Source: Longimicrobiales bacterium
GTDB lineage: Bacteria; Gemmatimonadota; Gemmatimonadetes; Longimicrobiales; Gaopeijiaceae
Direction: 5' to 3'
DNA: 64,000 nt
NCBI GenBank assembly: GCA_041690395.1
Contig: JAWLHJ010000001.1
Location: forward strand, 128,001 to 192,000
Part shown: positions 46,972 through 56,430 of the stretch, in pieces
How positions within the stretch are numbered: position 1 is the first letter of the stretch
Layout: each line of letters begins with the position of its first letter
The notes under the pieces: generated by a model
Database searches by the model: none
What the model saw: only the letters and a program-made list of their open reading frames with translations
Told to the model about the DNA's origin: nothing
Translations under genes and position numbers: made by a program

Positions 46972-49900
46972 AGGCGATCCTCGACCGGACGTAGAACTCC
47001 ACGCCGGTGCGTCCCCCCGCACGGAGATTCAGCAGCAACCAGCGGACCGCCTGCAGCTCGGCCTCGATCTCCGGCTCGGGGGCGCGCTGCGTCGGGTCGT
47101 CGGACGACCTCTGCAGCGAGATGGGCTGACGGACCCCGAGGTAGAGGCTGGGTGACAGATAACGACCGGCGAGCAGGGTGACCCCATTCATGCCGTCGGT
47201 CGTGATCTCGACCACGTCGAGGCCCACCTGCTCCTTCGCATACGCCTCGACCGCGCCGCTCACCCGTCCGAGCGCGAGCGCTCCCCCCGTCTCGGTCAAC
47301 GAGCCGTTGCCACCCTCGAGTGATTGGCTCGCGGGCCGGCCGGTGACCAGATAGGAGACCATGTCCGAGGCCTCAAGCGGAGGAGTCGACGAAAGTTCGA
47401 GGTCGAGCGCGTCCGGCGTGCCTCGCACCTCGAGCGTGAGGACGACCTCGGGCTCCCCCGGGTTCTCCCGGGACGGCACGGCATAGGCGGAGCGCACCTC
47501 GACCATCGTCGCGGCCGGGGTCCCGCGGAAGGTGAGTCGGCCTTCTTCGATGCTGAAACGACGCCCGAACTGTTCCACCCAGCTCCGCTCCGGAACAGCC
47601 TCGACGCTACCGACGAGTTGTAGCGAGTCCCCGGACTCCTTCGTCACCGACATGTCGCCACTGAACTGGACCGCAAGCTCCGGATTCGCGCGCTGGCGAA
47701 CCCACGACGCACGACCCAGCCGCACGTCCAGATCCAGCTCCATGACGTCCATCAGCGGTGATTGCCCGCCCCCCTCCGACGGTCTCTGGTAGCCGAAGAC
47801 GCGCGCCAACTCGTCCCACTGCTCGTCGGTGAGCGTCACCGGGTCGGCCGAGGAGCCGCTCATGAGATCGTCCAGGTACAGCTCGGAGCGCTCGACCTGG
47901 ACGAGACCGGTGATGCGTGGCGCCAGGCCGGTCCCCTCGACACGCACGTCACCCGACACCGTCGCCTGGACGGCGGAGGAACGAATGGCCTCGAATCGGT
48001 CTGCCCGGACCTCGACGTCGTAGCCGGGCTCGGCCAGATGCTCGACCGTGACGGCGCCGGTCGCCGATAGCGAGCCGTCGCCGGAGTGCACCCGCACGGA
48101 GTCGAGCAGAACACGGGTTCCGTCCAACTCCAGGAGCGCCCGTGCCTCCCGGTAACGAACCCCGAGCGACGGAAGCGTCGCGGCGCCATCCCGGAGCGAG
48201 AACGTGCCGGACAAGGAGGGCGAAGCCGGGCTACCTCCCAGCTCGGCGCGTCCCTCGAGCGTGCCTCCGAGCTCCCGCGCGACGTCGTCCGGAACCATCG
48301 GCTGGAGCCACGCGACGGGGAAGGCTTCGGCGGAGACCGATCCGCTCATCGAACCGGCTTCGAGCAGGCCCTCGGTGTCTCCCGACAACGTCACGTGGAA
48401 CGGGAGGCTCAAGTCCGCGCGAAACGACGGACCGGAGTCGAGCAGCACGACGCCGTCGACCTCGAGCGCCCGTTCTCGGTAGTCGAGGGTCACGTCGACG
48501 TCGCCCGGCGGCACGTCGGCCGGCGTCAGCCTGCTGTCGAGCCGGGCCGTGATCTCGGGCGCCTCGGACGTGCCGGACATGTCGACCTCTCCGGACACGC
48601 GCCCGCGCAGGGCGGGGTACCCGAACAGGTCGGCCAAGGTGGAGATCTCGAATTCCGTGACGCTGGCCCGCAGGTCGAGCGCACCCTCGGAAGGAACCGT
48701 GCCCTCGACGCGGAGGGCCTGTTCGGGTGTCGAGATCAGCAGGGAATCCACGCTGAAGCCGTCGCGGAACGAGACCCGCGCGGGGTACCCGAGGGTCCAC
48801 CGGTCCTGGTCCGCGCGGAACGCGAGCTGCTCGATGCGCACCGCCGACGGGGCGGACCTCTCCTCGACCCGTGCCTCGAGCGCCACGTCCCGCCGACCAT
48901 CGATGACCGCCGACGCCGTCACGAACAGCTCGTCATCCGGCTCGAGCCGTACGTCGATCTCGACGCGCTCGACCGGGGCGGTCGGTAGTCGGAGCCGATC
49001 CATGGCGAGTCTGGCCTCCCCCTCGACCCATCCTTCCAGCGGGGTCCTCCGCGCGGAGGCGTCCACCTCGAGACCCCGCACCTGGATAGCGTCGTAGAGG
49101 AGCGCCGAGAGCCGACCGGTGGCTTCGACCCGCAGGTCGTCGACGGCCCCTCGAGCGACGACGGTCAGCGTCGCCTCACCCGCGGCAAGCGTCCCCTCCG
49201 GCCGGAGCGCCCGCACGAGGTCCGACCGCGTGAGTGCCCCGACGAGTCGGATCTCTCCACCACCGTCATCGTCTACCCCGTCGGGCGCCAGGCCCGTCGC
49301 GGACCGTGGAAGGGTCCCTCCGCCGGACAGCTCGAGCCCGGCGACGCGCACGTCGAGCGTGTCGAGCCGCACCGAGCTCCGGTCGAGCGCGACGCGGGCC
49401 GAGGCGGACTCCACGGGCTCGTCCAACACGGCCCCCGAGTCCACCTCGACCCAGAGCGTCGCCCTGGTGGAATCGAGCTCGAAGCCCTCGCCCTCGAGAC
49501 CGAGCCGCGCGAATCCGACGGGTCCGGTGAGGCCGTCCGCCGCCGGACGGGCGATCCGGCCGCTCAGCGTGTAGTTCGGACGATCGCCCCCGACGTCGGA
49601 CCGACCCTCGAGCTCCAACGTCCCCGAGAGAAGCTGAGCGAGCGCGCGGGCCTGGACGACCCCCTCCGCCAGATCGACCTGGACGCCCAGCGTGTCGACT
49701 GCGAGGCTGTCGACGAAAGACGGAGCCAGATCGAGCGTGAGCGACCCGGTCGCCGTCTCGACCGACGATCCGTCGAGCCGGGCGACGAGCAAGCCCTGCA
49801 GACTCGTAGGCGGGACCAGCCCCCCGCTGAGCGCGCCCAGGTCGAGGTCCCGGAAGGCGAGCTCGGACACCCGCAGTACTCGGGTTTCCCCGCCGCCTTC

Positions 49901-52108
49901 CATCGCGACCCGTGCGCTGATACCCCCTTCTCCCGACGTGAGGGACGCATCGACTTCCAGACCGCCCGGCTCGAGACGAACGTCGATCTGCCCGGCGTCC
50001 AGCGGTGCCGTCCCGATCATCGAGGGGAGCAGGCCGAGCGCCATGGTGCCCGACCATCCTTCCTCGTCCCGGGTCAGTCCGCCGGTCCCGCTCCCCGAGA
50101 GGTCGGTCGACGGGACCGCGGAGCTGTCCGTGGCGGGGCCGGCCGCCAACACCCTCGCGTCCAGGTGCCGCCACCCGAGGGAGTCGATCTGAACCGTGTG
50201 GAAGTCACCTCCGTCGAACAGCGCCCGCGCGCGCGCACTGACGCGGCCCGAGTCCGGCACCGCCACCCGCATGACAAGGTCCAGCGCCTCATCCGCCGCG
50301 CTCGCCGACACCATGGCCGAGTCGAGCACCCATGGTCCGTAACTCGCGGCGAGGACGTCCACGCGCCCCGTGCCGGTCAGGGGCTCGGCGGACGTGACCT
50401 CCCCCCTGAGGTCCGCCGAGAGCCGGCTCGCCACCGTGTCTCCAACCAGCGCGGCCACGTCGAGGTCCCTCACAGTGCCGCTCGTGAGCCTGCCCGTGCG
50501 TGCGGACACGTCGCCCTGGAGCGCGAGCTCGACGCGTCCTCCGGCGGCTTCGAGCGTGGCTCGCCCCGTGGCGAGCCCGGCGGACAGCGTCGCATCGATC
50601 CGGCCGGGACCGACCAACATGGTCCGGCCCTCGGCGGCGCCACCCACCAGCGCGCGAAGCGAGTCGAGCTCGACCGTGGCTCGGGCGTCCAGGGAGTCCG
50701 GGGCGAGCCCGGTCCCCGCGGCCTCGAAGCGCCCGGAGCCCGAACGGAGCGCGAACCCGGCGTCCGTGCCGACTTCTCCGGGCGAGGCGTACGACACCGC
50801 GCCGTCGATCGTCCACTCCGGTCGCTCCAGAGCGCCCACACCGACCGTCCCCTCGGCCTCGGCGTCCAGGCCCACGAGGGTCCAGGCGCCCCGCCACGGA
50901 TCGGCGGCACCCTCCGATTCCACGCTCAACCTGGCCCGACCGTCGAGAGGGCCCGACGGGTCCTCGACCTGCAGCTCCGCCACCAGGCTTCCGTGCACCC
51001 GCTGGAGTGTCACGCTCCTCAGTCCGAGGGTCAGGTCCAGGCGAGCGACGAGCGGACGGTCGAACAGGCCCCACGGCTGCGGGTCGAAGCTGCTCACCTC
51101 GACGCGTGCGTCGACGTCGGGTTCCTCCCGCGGACCCCAGACGGCGGCCTCGACATCCACACGGCCCGGAACACTCGCGCCGAGATCCGCCGTCACCCGC
51201 AGCGTATCGGCCAGTACTCGCATCTCCGCGCTTCCGCGGACGCGCACGCTGTCCGCCATACCCGCGGGCAGGAACGGTCCCACGTCCGCGAGATGGAGAG
51301 GAGCGATCTCGAGATCGAGCTCGAGCCCCTCGGGCGCGGTACCGGCGAGCGAGAGGGGAATCCGCCCGGTCGCGCGCACGTCGCTCTCCGGCGATGTGAG
51401 CTCGAGCCCGTCCACGACGACGTGGTCCCGTTCCAGCCTGCCCGAGGCCGCGACTCGACCCCAGCCTTCCGGTCGGTCGGGGGGGCGGAAGCGGGCGTGG
51501 AGCGTGTCCAGGGTTCCGCCCATCTCCTCGGCGAGCGAGAGGTCCCGAGCTCGAAGCCGACCCTCGCTCAGCCTCCAGGGCTCGTCGGACGCCGTGTCCG
51601 GAAGCGAGAGGGCGATCTCGCGGACATCGACCTCCAGGCGGTCGACCCCGAAGGTCCAACCGACAGCGCCCGTATCCTCGTCCGGTGAAGGAGCGCCGTC
51701 CCCGGACGGAACCGATCCGGACACCGCGACCCCCACGATCCGTAGAGTCTCCACGGACACGTGTCGCCGGAGCAGCGCCAGCATCCGGAAGTCGAGACCC
51801 ACCGTGTCGACGGATACGACGAGCGTCGGCTCCGCGGAGGACCCGGTGGCCGCCTCGACCCCGGTCACCGTGATGTCGGTGAGCCCCCGCAGCGACGCCC
51901 CTCCCAGCCGGATCCGCAGCGAGTCCGAAGAGGCCGCCCCCGCCGCCGTCCGCGCCGCCCACGTGGCGACCCCGTCGATCTGAAGGGCCCCGACGACGAA
52001 TACGAGTCCGAACACGACGAGACCCGTAAGCACCCCCACCACGCGAAGCGCCTGTCCGAGGCGCCTGCGGAACCATGGAGAGTCGCTCGGTTCGTCGCTC
52101 GAGGTCAT
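46964..52108 (-). CDS. Translocation/assembly module TamB-like protein (1714 aa)
   Basis: N-terminal TM, beta-taco-like low-complexity repeats, C-terminal SSTPPLEASDMVSYLVTG and GRYLSPSLYL region; overlaps tamA start. Confidence 0.88.
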   Translation of the reverse strand: MTSSDEPSDSPWFRRRLGQALRVVGVLTGLVVFGLVFVVGALQIDGVATWAARTAAGAASSDSLRIRLGGASLRGLTDITVTGVEAATGSSAEPTLVVSVDTVGLDFRMLALLRRHVSVETLRIVGVAVSGSVPSGDGAPSPDEDTGAVGWTFGVDRLEVDVREIALSLPDTASDEPWRLSEGRLRARDLSLAEEMGGTLDTLHARFRPPDRPEGWGRVAASGRLERDHVVVDGLELTSPESDVRATGRIPLSLAGTAPEGLELDLEIAPLHLADVGPFLPAGMADSVRVRGSAEMRVLADTLRVTADLGASVPGRVDVEAAVWGPREEPDVDARVEVSSFDPQPWGLFDRPLVARLDLTLGLRSVTLQRVHGSLVAELQVEDPSGPLDGRARLSVESEGAADPWRGAWTLVGLDAEAEGTVGVGALERPEWTIDGAVSYASPGEVGTDAGFALRSGSGRFEAAGTGLAPDSLDARATVELDSLRALVGGAAEGRTMLVGPGRIDATLSAGLATGRATLEAAGGRVELALQGDVSARTGRLTSGTVRDLDVAALVGDTVASRLSADLRGEVTSAEPLTGTGRVDVLAASYGPWVLDSAMVSASAADEALDLVMRVAVPDSGRVSARARALFDGGDFHTVQIDSLGWRHLDARVLAAGPATDSSAVPSTDLSGSGTGGLTRDEEGWSGTMALGLLPSMIGTAPLDAGQIDVRLEPGGLEVDASLTSGEGGISARVAMEGGGETRVLRVSELAFRDLDLGALSGGLVPPTSLQGLLVARLDGSSVETATGSLTLDLAPSFVDSLAVDTLGVQVDLAEGVVQARALAQLLSGTLELEGRSDVGGDRPNYTLSGRIARPAADGLTGPVGFARLGLEGEGFELDSTRATLWVEVDSGAVLDEPVESASARVALDRSSVRLDTLDVRVAGLELSGGGTLPRSATGLAPDGVDDDGGGEIRLVGALTRSDLVRALRPEGTLAAGEATLTVVARGAVDDLRVEATGRLSALLYDAIQVRGLEVDASARRTPLEGWVEGEARLAMDRLRLPTAPVERVEIDVRLEPDDELFVTASAVIDGRRDVALEARVEERSAPSAVRIEQLAFRADQDRWTLGYPARVSFRDGFSVDSLLISTPEQALRVEGTVPSEGALDLRASVTEFEISTLADLFGYPALRGRVSGEVDMSGTSEAPEITARLDSRLTPADVPPGDVDVTLDYRERALEVDGVVLLDSGPSFRADLSLPFHVTLSGDTEGLLEAGSMSGSVSAEAFPVAWLQPMVPDDVARELGGTLEGRAELGGSPASPSLSGTFSLRDGAATLPSLGVRYREARALLELDGTRVLLDSVRVHSGDGSLSATGAVTVEHLAEPGYDVEVRADRFEAIRSSAVQATVSGDVRVEGTGLAPRITGLVQVERSELYLDDLMSGSSADPVTLTDEQWDELARVFGYQRPSEGGGQSPLMDVMELDLDVRLGRASWVRQRANPELAVQFSGDMSVTKESGDSLQLVGSVEAVPERSWVEQFGRRFSIEEGRLTFRGTPAATMVEVRSAYAVPSRENPGEPEVVLTLEVRGTPDALDLELSSTPPLEASDMVSYLVTGRPASQSLEGGNGSLTETGGALALGRVSGAVEAYAKEQVGLDVVEITTDGMNGVTLLAGRYLSPSLYLGVRQPISLQRSSDDPTQRAPEPEIEAELQAVRWLLLNLRAGGRTGVEFYVRSRIAYD

Positions 52109-52162
52109 GTCGGGGGGGTGGAGGGTGATGGCACCCCGGAGCCGTCGGGGGCCGCTCCCGCC

Positions 52163-53227
52163 TTACCCCGCCGGACGCCTGGGGATCATCACCGGGTGGA
52201 GGCGGAGGTGCTTGACGACCCGCCGCTGCGAGACTTCGCCGCCGTAGATGTTGCCGTCCTGGTCGACCGCGACGCCCTCGGGCCCACTGAAGCTGTTCAC
52301 GCCCAGGTTGGGGTTGTTCCAGGTCTCGGGGATGAAGTGGAAGACCCAACCCGTCCTCGCGTCTCCGACGCGGATACCCCGCTCCCACCCGGCGTTGCGC
52401 TGGCCCGTATAGTCGTTCGTGGCCGGGCCGGACTCGGAGTCCGCCACGTACATGAGGTCGTGCTCGTCGATGAAGATCCCGCTCGGCCGGCCGAACTGGG
52501 TCCACATCGCGATGAAGTTGCCGTCCTGATCGAGCAGCTGAATCCGGTTGTTGTAGCGGTCCCCGACGAACAGTCGACCCTGGGAGTCCATGGCGAGCGC
52601 GTGCGGCTCGAGGAACTCGCCGGGCCCGTACCCGGTGCGGCCGATGGTCGCCACGTGCGTTCCGTCGGGCGCGAACTTCTGGATGCGGTTGGGCTCCGCG
52701 GGGCCGTGACCCTCGGCGATGAAGATGTGACCGTCAGGCGCCACCAGGACGTCGTTCGGGCGCGTCAGCCGGTTCGGCGCGTCGCCCGGCATCCCGGGCT
52801 CACCGATGGTCATGAGGAGCTCGCCCGTTGGGCTGAACTTCCGCACCGCGTGACCCAGTCCGATCTCCTCCGCGCCCTGAGTGGACGCGTCCGTGATCCA
52901 GATGCTCCCGTCCGGCTCCACGAACATGCCGTGCGGCCACGAGAGGAGTCCTGCCCCGAAGCTCCGGAGCACGTTGCCGTCGGTGTCGAGCAGGAGTACG
53001 GGATCGACGTCCGAACCGACGCACGTGTTCCGGCCGCACCGCTCCGCGACCCACATGTTTCCGTCACCCGCCGGATACATGGCGCTCACCGAGCCCCACT
53101 CCCGGCCGTCGGGCAGGTCGCCCCACGTGTAGTCGGGTCGGTAGGGGTTCGTGACGGACTGGGCCTCGACCAGGGCCGGCGATACGGCGATCGAGACCAG
53201 GACGAGAGCTGAGAGGGCGGACCGCAT
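52163..53227 (-). CDS. Secreted NHL-repeat beta-propeller (peptidyl-alpha-hydroxyglycine lyase-like)
   Basis: Signal peptide; WPHGMFVEPDGSIWITD, RPNDVLVAPDG, EPHALAMDSQGRLFVGDRYNNRIQ repeats. Confidence 0.88.
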   Translation of the reverse strand: MRSALSALVLVSIAVSPALVEAQSVTNPYRPDYTWGDLPDGREWGSVSAMYPAGDGNMWVAERCGRNTCVGSDVDPVLLLDTDGNVLRSFGAGLLSWPHGMFVEPDGSIWITDASTQGAEEIGLGHAVRKFSPTGELLMTIGEPGMPGDAPNRLTRPNDVLVAPDGHIFIAEGHGPAEPNRIQKFAPDGTHVATIGRTGYGPGEFLEPHALAMDSQGRLFVGDRYNNRIQLLDQDGNFIAMWTQFGRPSGIFIDEHDLMYVADSESGPATNDYTGQRNAGWERGIRVGDARTGWVFHFIPETWNNPNLGVNSFSGPEGVAVDQDGNIYGGEVSQRRVVKHLRLHPVMIPRRPAG

Positions 53228-53369
53228 CGTGACGGGACTCCTGCGCGGGTGGACGGCCATCGGGACGGCGGGTCCCGTTAGGTTGCGCTGTCGGTCGAGG
53301 TCCCGCAACCGACCGGGACACGGTATGCTCCGGAACGGCGTTGAAGAACCACGACAAGGAAGGCAGGCG

Positions 53370-54743
53370 ATGACGTGGAAGGTCGTGAATCCCGCGACGG
53401 GCGAGACGGTGCGCGAGTACGAGGACACCTCGTGGCCCGAGGTCGAGCGAGCCCTCGAGGGAGCGCAGGCCGCGCATGAGCGGTGGCGGCGGGAGCCCTT
53501 CGAAGAGCGTGCGCGGCTCATGCGACAGGCGGCCGAGCTGCTCCGCGAGCGAGCGGACCGTTACGCCGAGCTCATGGCCCTCGAGATGGGTAAGCCGCTG
53601 AAGGACGGCCGCTCGGAGGTGGAGAAGTGCGCGTGGGTATGCGACTACTACGCCGACGAAGCCGAGGGGCAGCTCGCGCCGGTGCCGGTCGAAACGCCGG
53701 ACACGGGCGCGAAGACGTACTGGACCCACGAGCCGCTCGGGGTCGTGCTGGCCGTCATGCCGTGGAACTTCCCGTTCTGGCAGGTCTTCCGCTTCGCTGC
53801 GCCCACCCTCATGGCCGGCAACGCAGGCCTCCTCAAGCACGCCTCGAACGTGCCCGGATGCGCGCTCGCCATCGAGGAGGTCTTCCGCGATGCCGCCTTC
53901 CCCAGTGGCCTGTTCCGCTCGTTGCTCATCGGACACGAGGCGAGCGAGCGGCTCATCGAGCACGCCCTGGTGCGGGCTGTTACCCTCACCGGGAGCGTCC
54001 GGGCGGGAAAGGCCGTCGCGGCCAAGGCCGGATCGCTCGTGAAGAAGACCGTGCTCGAGCTCGGCGGGAGCGACGCCTACGTCGTGCTGGAGGACGCCGA
54101 CCTCGACTTCGCCGTCGAGACGTGCGTGAAGAGCCGCCTCACGAACTCGGGCCAGAGCTGCATCGCCGCAAAGCGGTTCGTGGTGGTGGCGAGCGTGCGG
54201 GAGGACTTCGAGCGCCGCATGGTCGAGCGCATGACCTCGGTTCGCATGGGCGACCCCTTCGACGAGGCCACCGAGCTCGGACCCCAGGCCCGGACGGACC
54301 TGCGCGACGAGCTCCACGAGCAGGTGGAGCAGAGCGTGTCGGCCGGGGCACGCCTCCTGCTCGGGGGCAAGCTCCCCGACGGGCCGGGGGCGTTCTATCC
54401 GCCGACGGTGCTGACCGACGTCACGCCCGGCATGCCCGCCTACGACGAGGAGCTGTTCGGCCCGGTCGCGGCCATCATCGAGGCGCGGGACGAAGCCGAA
54501 GCCATCCGCATCGCCAACGACAGCGTCTTCGGCCTCGGCGCGGCTGTGTTCACGCGGGACCACGAGCGCGGGGAGCGCATCGCGCGCGACGAGCTCCAGG
54601 CCGGCGCCTGCTTCGTGAACGCCTCCGTGCGGTCCGACCCCCGGCTCCCGTTCGGGGGCATCAAGGAGAGCGGGTACGGGAGGGAGCTGTCGCCCCTCGG
54701 CATTCGCGAGTTCGTGAACGTGAAGACCGTCTGGGTGGGGTGA
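53370..54743 (+). CDS. NAD(P)-dependent succinate-semialdehyde dehydrogenase family aldehyde dehydrogenase
   Basis: MPWNFPFWQ, LELGGSDA, GQSCIAAKR, EELFGP, PFGGIKESGYGREL. Confidence 0.93.
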   Translation: MTWKVVNPATGETVREYEDTSWPEVERALEGAQAAHERWRREPFEERARLMRQAAELLRERADRYAELMALEMGKPLKDGRSEVEKCAWVCDYYADEAEGQLAPVPVETPDTGAKTYWTHEPLGVVLAVMPWNFPFWQVFRFAAPTLMAGNAGLLKHASNVPGCALAIEEVFRDAAFPSGLFRSLLIGHEASERLIEHALVRAVTLTGSVRAGKAVAAKAGSLVKKTVLELGGSDAYVVLEDADLDFAVETCVKSRLTNSGQSCIAAKRFVVVASVREDFERRMVERMTSVRMGDPFDEATELGPQARTDLRDELHEQVEQSVSAGARLLLGGKLPDGPGAFYPPTVLTDVTPGMPAYDEELFGPVAAIIEARDEAEAIRIANDSVFGLGAAVFTRDHERGERIARDELQAGACFVNASVRSDPRLPFGGIKESGYGRELSPLGIREFVNVKTVWVG

Positions 54744-54749
54744 TGGCCC

Positions 54750-56132
54750 TCATCCCTCGATGGTGGCGAAGAGGTTGTTCAGTGACTCGGTCAACGTCGG
54801 ATGCGAGAAGGCCGAGTCCCGGAGGTCGCGCCAGGTGAGCCCGCCCATCATGGCGATCTGGATGGCCGACGCGATCTCGCCGCCCTCCACGCCGAGGATC
54901 GAGGCGCCCAGGATGCGCCCGGTCCCGGCGTCCACGACGGCTTTCATGAGCCCGCGGGTCTCGTCGGTCTCCACGGCCCGCGCGGCCCGGCTCATCGGCA
55001 TGCTCGCGATGAGGACGTCGCGGCCCTGCTCCCGTGCCTCGCGCTCGGTGAGTCCGACTCGACCGAGCTGCGGATCCGTGAAGAGGGTGTAGGGCACGAT
55101 CCGGCCGGCCCGCGACGCGCCCCCGTCCCCGAGCACGTTCTCCCGCACGACCCGGTAGTCGTCGTAGGCGATGTGCGTGAAAGGCGGGCCGCCGTTCACG
55201 TCGCCGAGAGCCCAGACCCCGTCGGCCGTCGTGCGCAGCGCATCGTCGACCCGGATGAATCCACGCTCGGTGCGTTCGACGCCCGCTCGCTCCAGGCCGA
55301 GATCGTCCGCGTTCGGCACACGACCGACCGCCACCATCAAGTGGGTGCCACGGACGCCCGCGTCCCCTCCGGCGTCACCGAGGCGCACCTCGACCCCCGG
55401 CCCATCGGCACGTACTTCGCTCGCCGGCGCCCCGCACCGAAAGTCGATGCCGTCTTCCTCGAGGATCTCCCGCAACGCCTCTCGGATGTCGTCGTCCTCG
55501 CGGGGAGCGATCCGGTCACCAGCCTCGATAACGGTCACGCGCGACCCGAAGCGTCGGAACATCTGGGCGAACTCCAGCCCGATGAAGCCCCCGCCGAGCA
55601 CGACCAGGTGCTCTGGCACCTCCGCGAGCTCCATGAGCGACGCGTTGTCCAGCCAGGGCACCGTGTCGAGGCCCTCCAGGTCGGGGACACGATTCCGCGT
55701 GCCCGTATTGATGAACACCTGATCCGCGGTCAGGGACCGCGTGCCCCCTTCGGCGAGCGCCACGTCCACCGCGCGAGGACCAGTGAAGCGGGCGGTCCCG
55801 AACACCAGGTCCACGGTGTCGATCCGCCCGAGCCCCCTCTCCCCACCGGAGCTCCAGGCGTCGACCATGTCGCGCTTCCGACGCCGCACCACCTCGAGGT
55901 CCACCTCGACGTCGCCGACCCTCACGCCGTAGTCCCCGGCCCGCCGCGCCAGGTGGGCCACCCGGGCACTCGCGACCATGGTCTTCGTCGGCGTGCACCC
56001 GTCGATCACGCACGTTCCGCCCACCCGGCCCTTCTCGATGATGGCCACGCGGCGGCCGGCCTTTCCGAGGGCTCCGGCCAGGGGCTTCCCCGCCTGGCCC
56101 GTGCCGATGACGATGGCGTCGAAATGCTCCAT
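54750..56132 (-). CDS. Pyridine nucleotide-disulfide oxidoreductase (MerA-like/RclA-like)
   Basis: IGTGQAG, GGTCVIDGCTPTK, GGGFIGLEFA, HPTLTE; no C-terminal CC. Confidence 0.9.
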   Translation of the reverse strand: MEHFDAIVIGTGQAGKPLAGALGKAGRRVAIIEKGRVGGTCVIDGCTPTKTMVASARVAHLARRAGDYGVRVGDVEVDLEVVRRRKRDMVDAWSSGGERGLGRIDTVDLVFGTARFTGPRAVDVALAEGGTRSLTADQVFINTGTRNRVPDLEGLDTVPWLDNASLMELAEVPEHLVVLGGGFIGLEFAQMFRRFGSRVTVIEAGDRIAPREDDDIREALREILEEDGIDFRCGAPASEVRADGPGVEVRLGDAGGDAGVRGTHLMVAVGRVPNADDLGLERAGVERTERGFIRVDDALRTTADGVWALGDVNGGPPFTHIAYDDYRVVRENVLGDGGASRAGRIVPYTLFTDPQLGRVGLTEREAREQGRDVLIASMPMSRAARAVETDETRGLMKAVVDAGTGRILGASILGVEGGEIASAIQIAMMGGLTWRDLRDSAFSHPTLTESLNNLFATIEG

Positions 56133-56430
56133 GGACTGCTCCGAAGGTCGGGGTTCCGCGACGTCTCTCGGCTGTCGAACGCCTGGTCCTCGGGAAGGGT
56201 TCCCAAGCTCCCGGGCACGATGGAGGCCCCGGCGCCCGTCCGCCTGCTCCGTGACGCACCTGTGCGGAAGCCGGTACCGTACGGTCGCGAAGGGCTGAGA
56301 CGATTCGGTCGGACACTCACCGGACACGCATATCGACATCCCAGCCAATCGGCTCGCACAGAAAGTCGCGGCGCTCCTCCTGATCGCGCTCCCGATCGGG
56401 TGGGGCCTCTCTCGTCCATTCAAGGTCGGT

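Noticed and set aside
50289..52505. 738-aa minus-strand ORF overlapping tamB
   Set aside because: Off-frame, Arg/Gly-rich, no motifs.
54750..56132. Call as true mercuric reductase merA
   Set aside because: No C-terminal Cys-Cys pair, no NmerA domain and no mer operon context.
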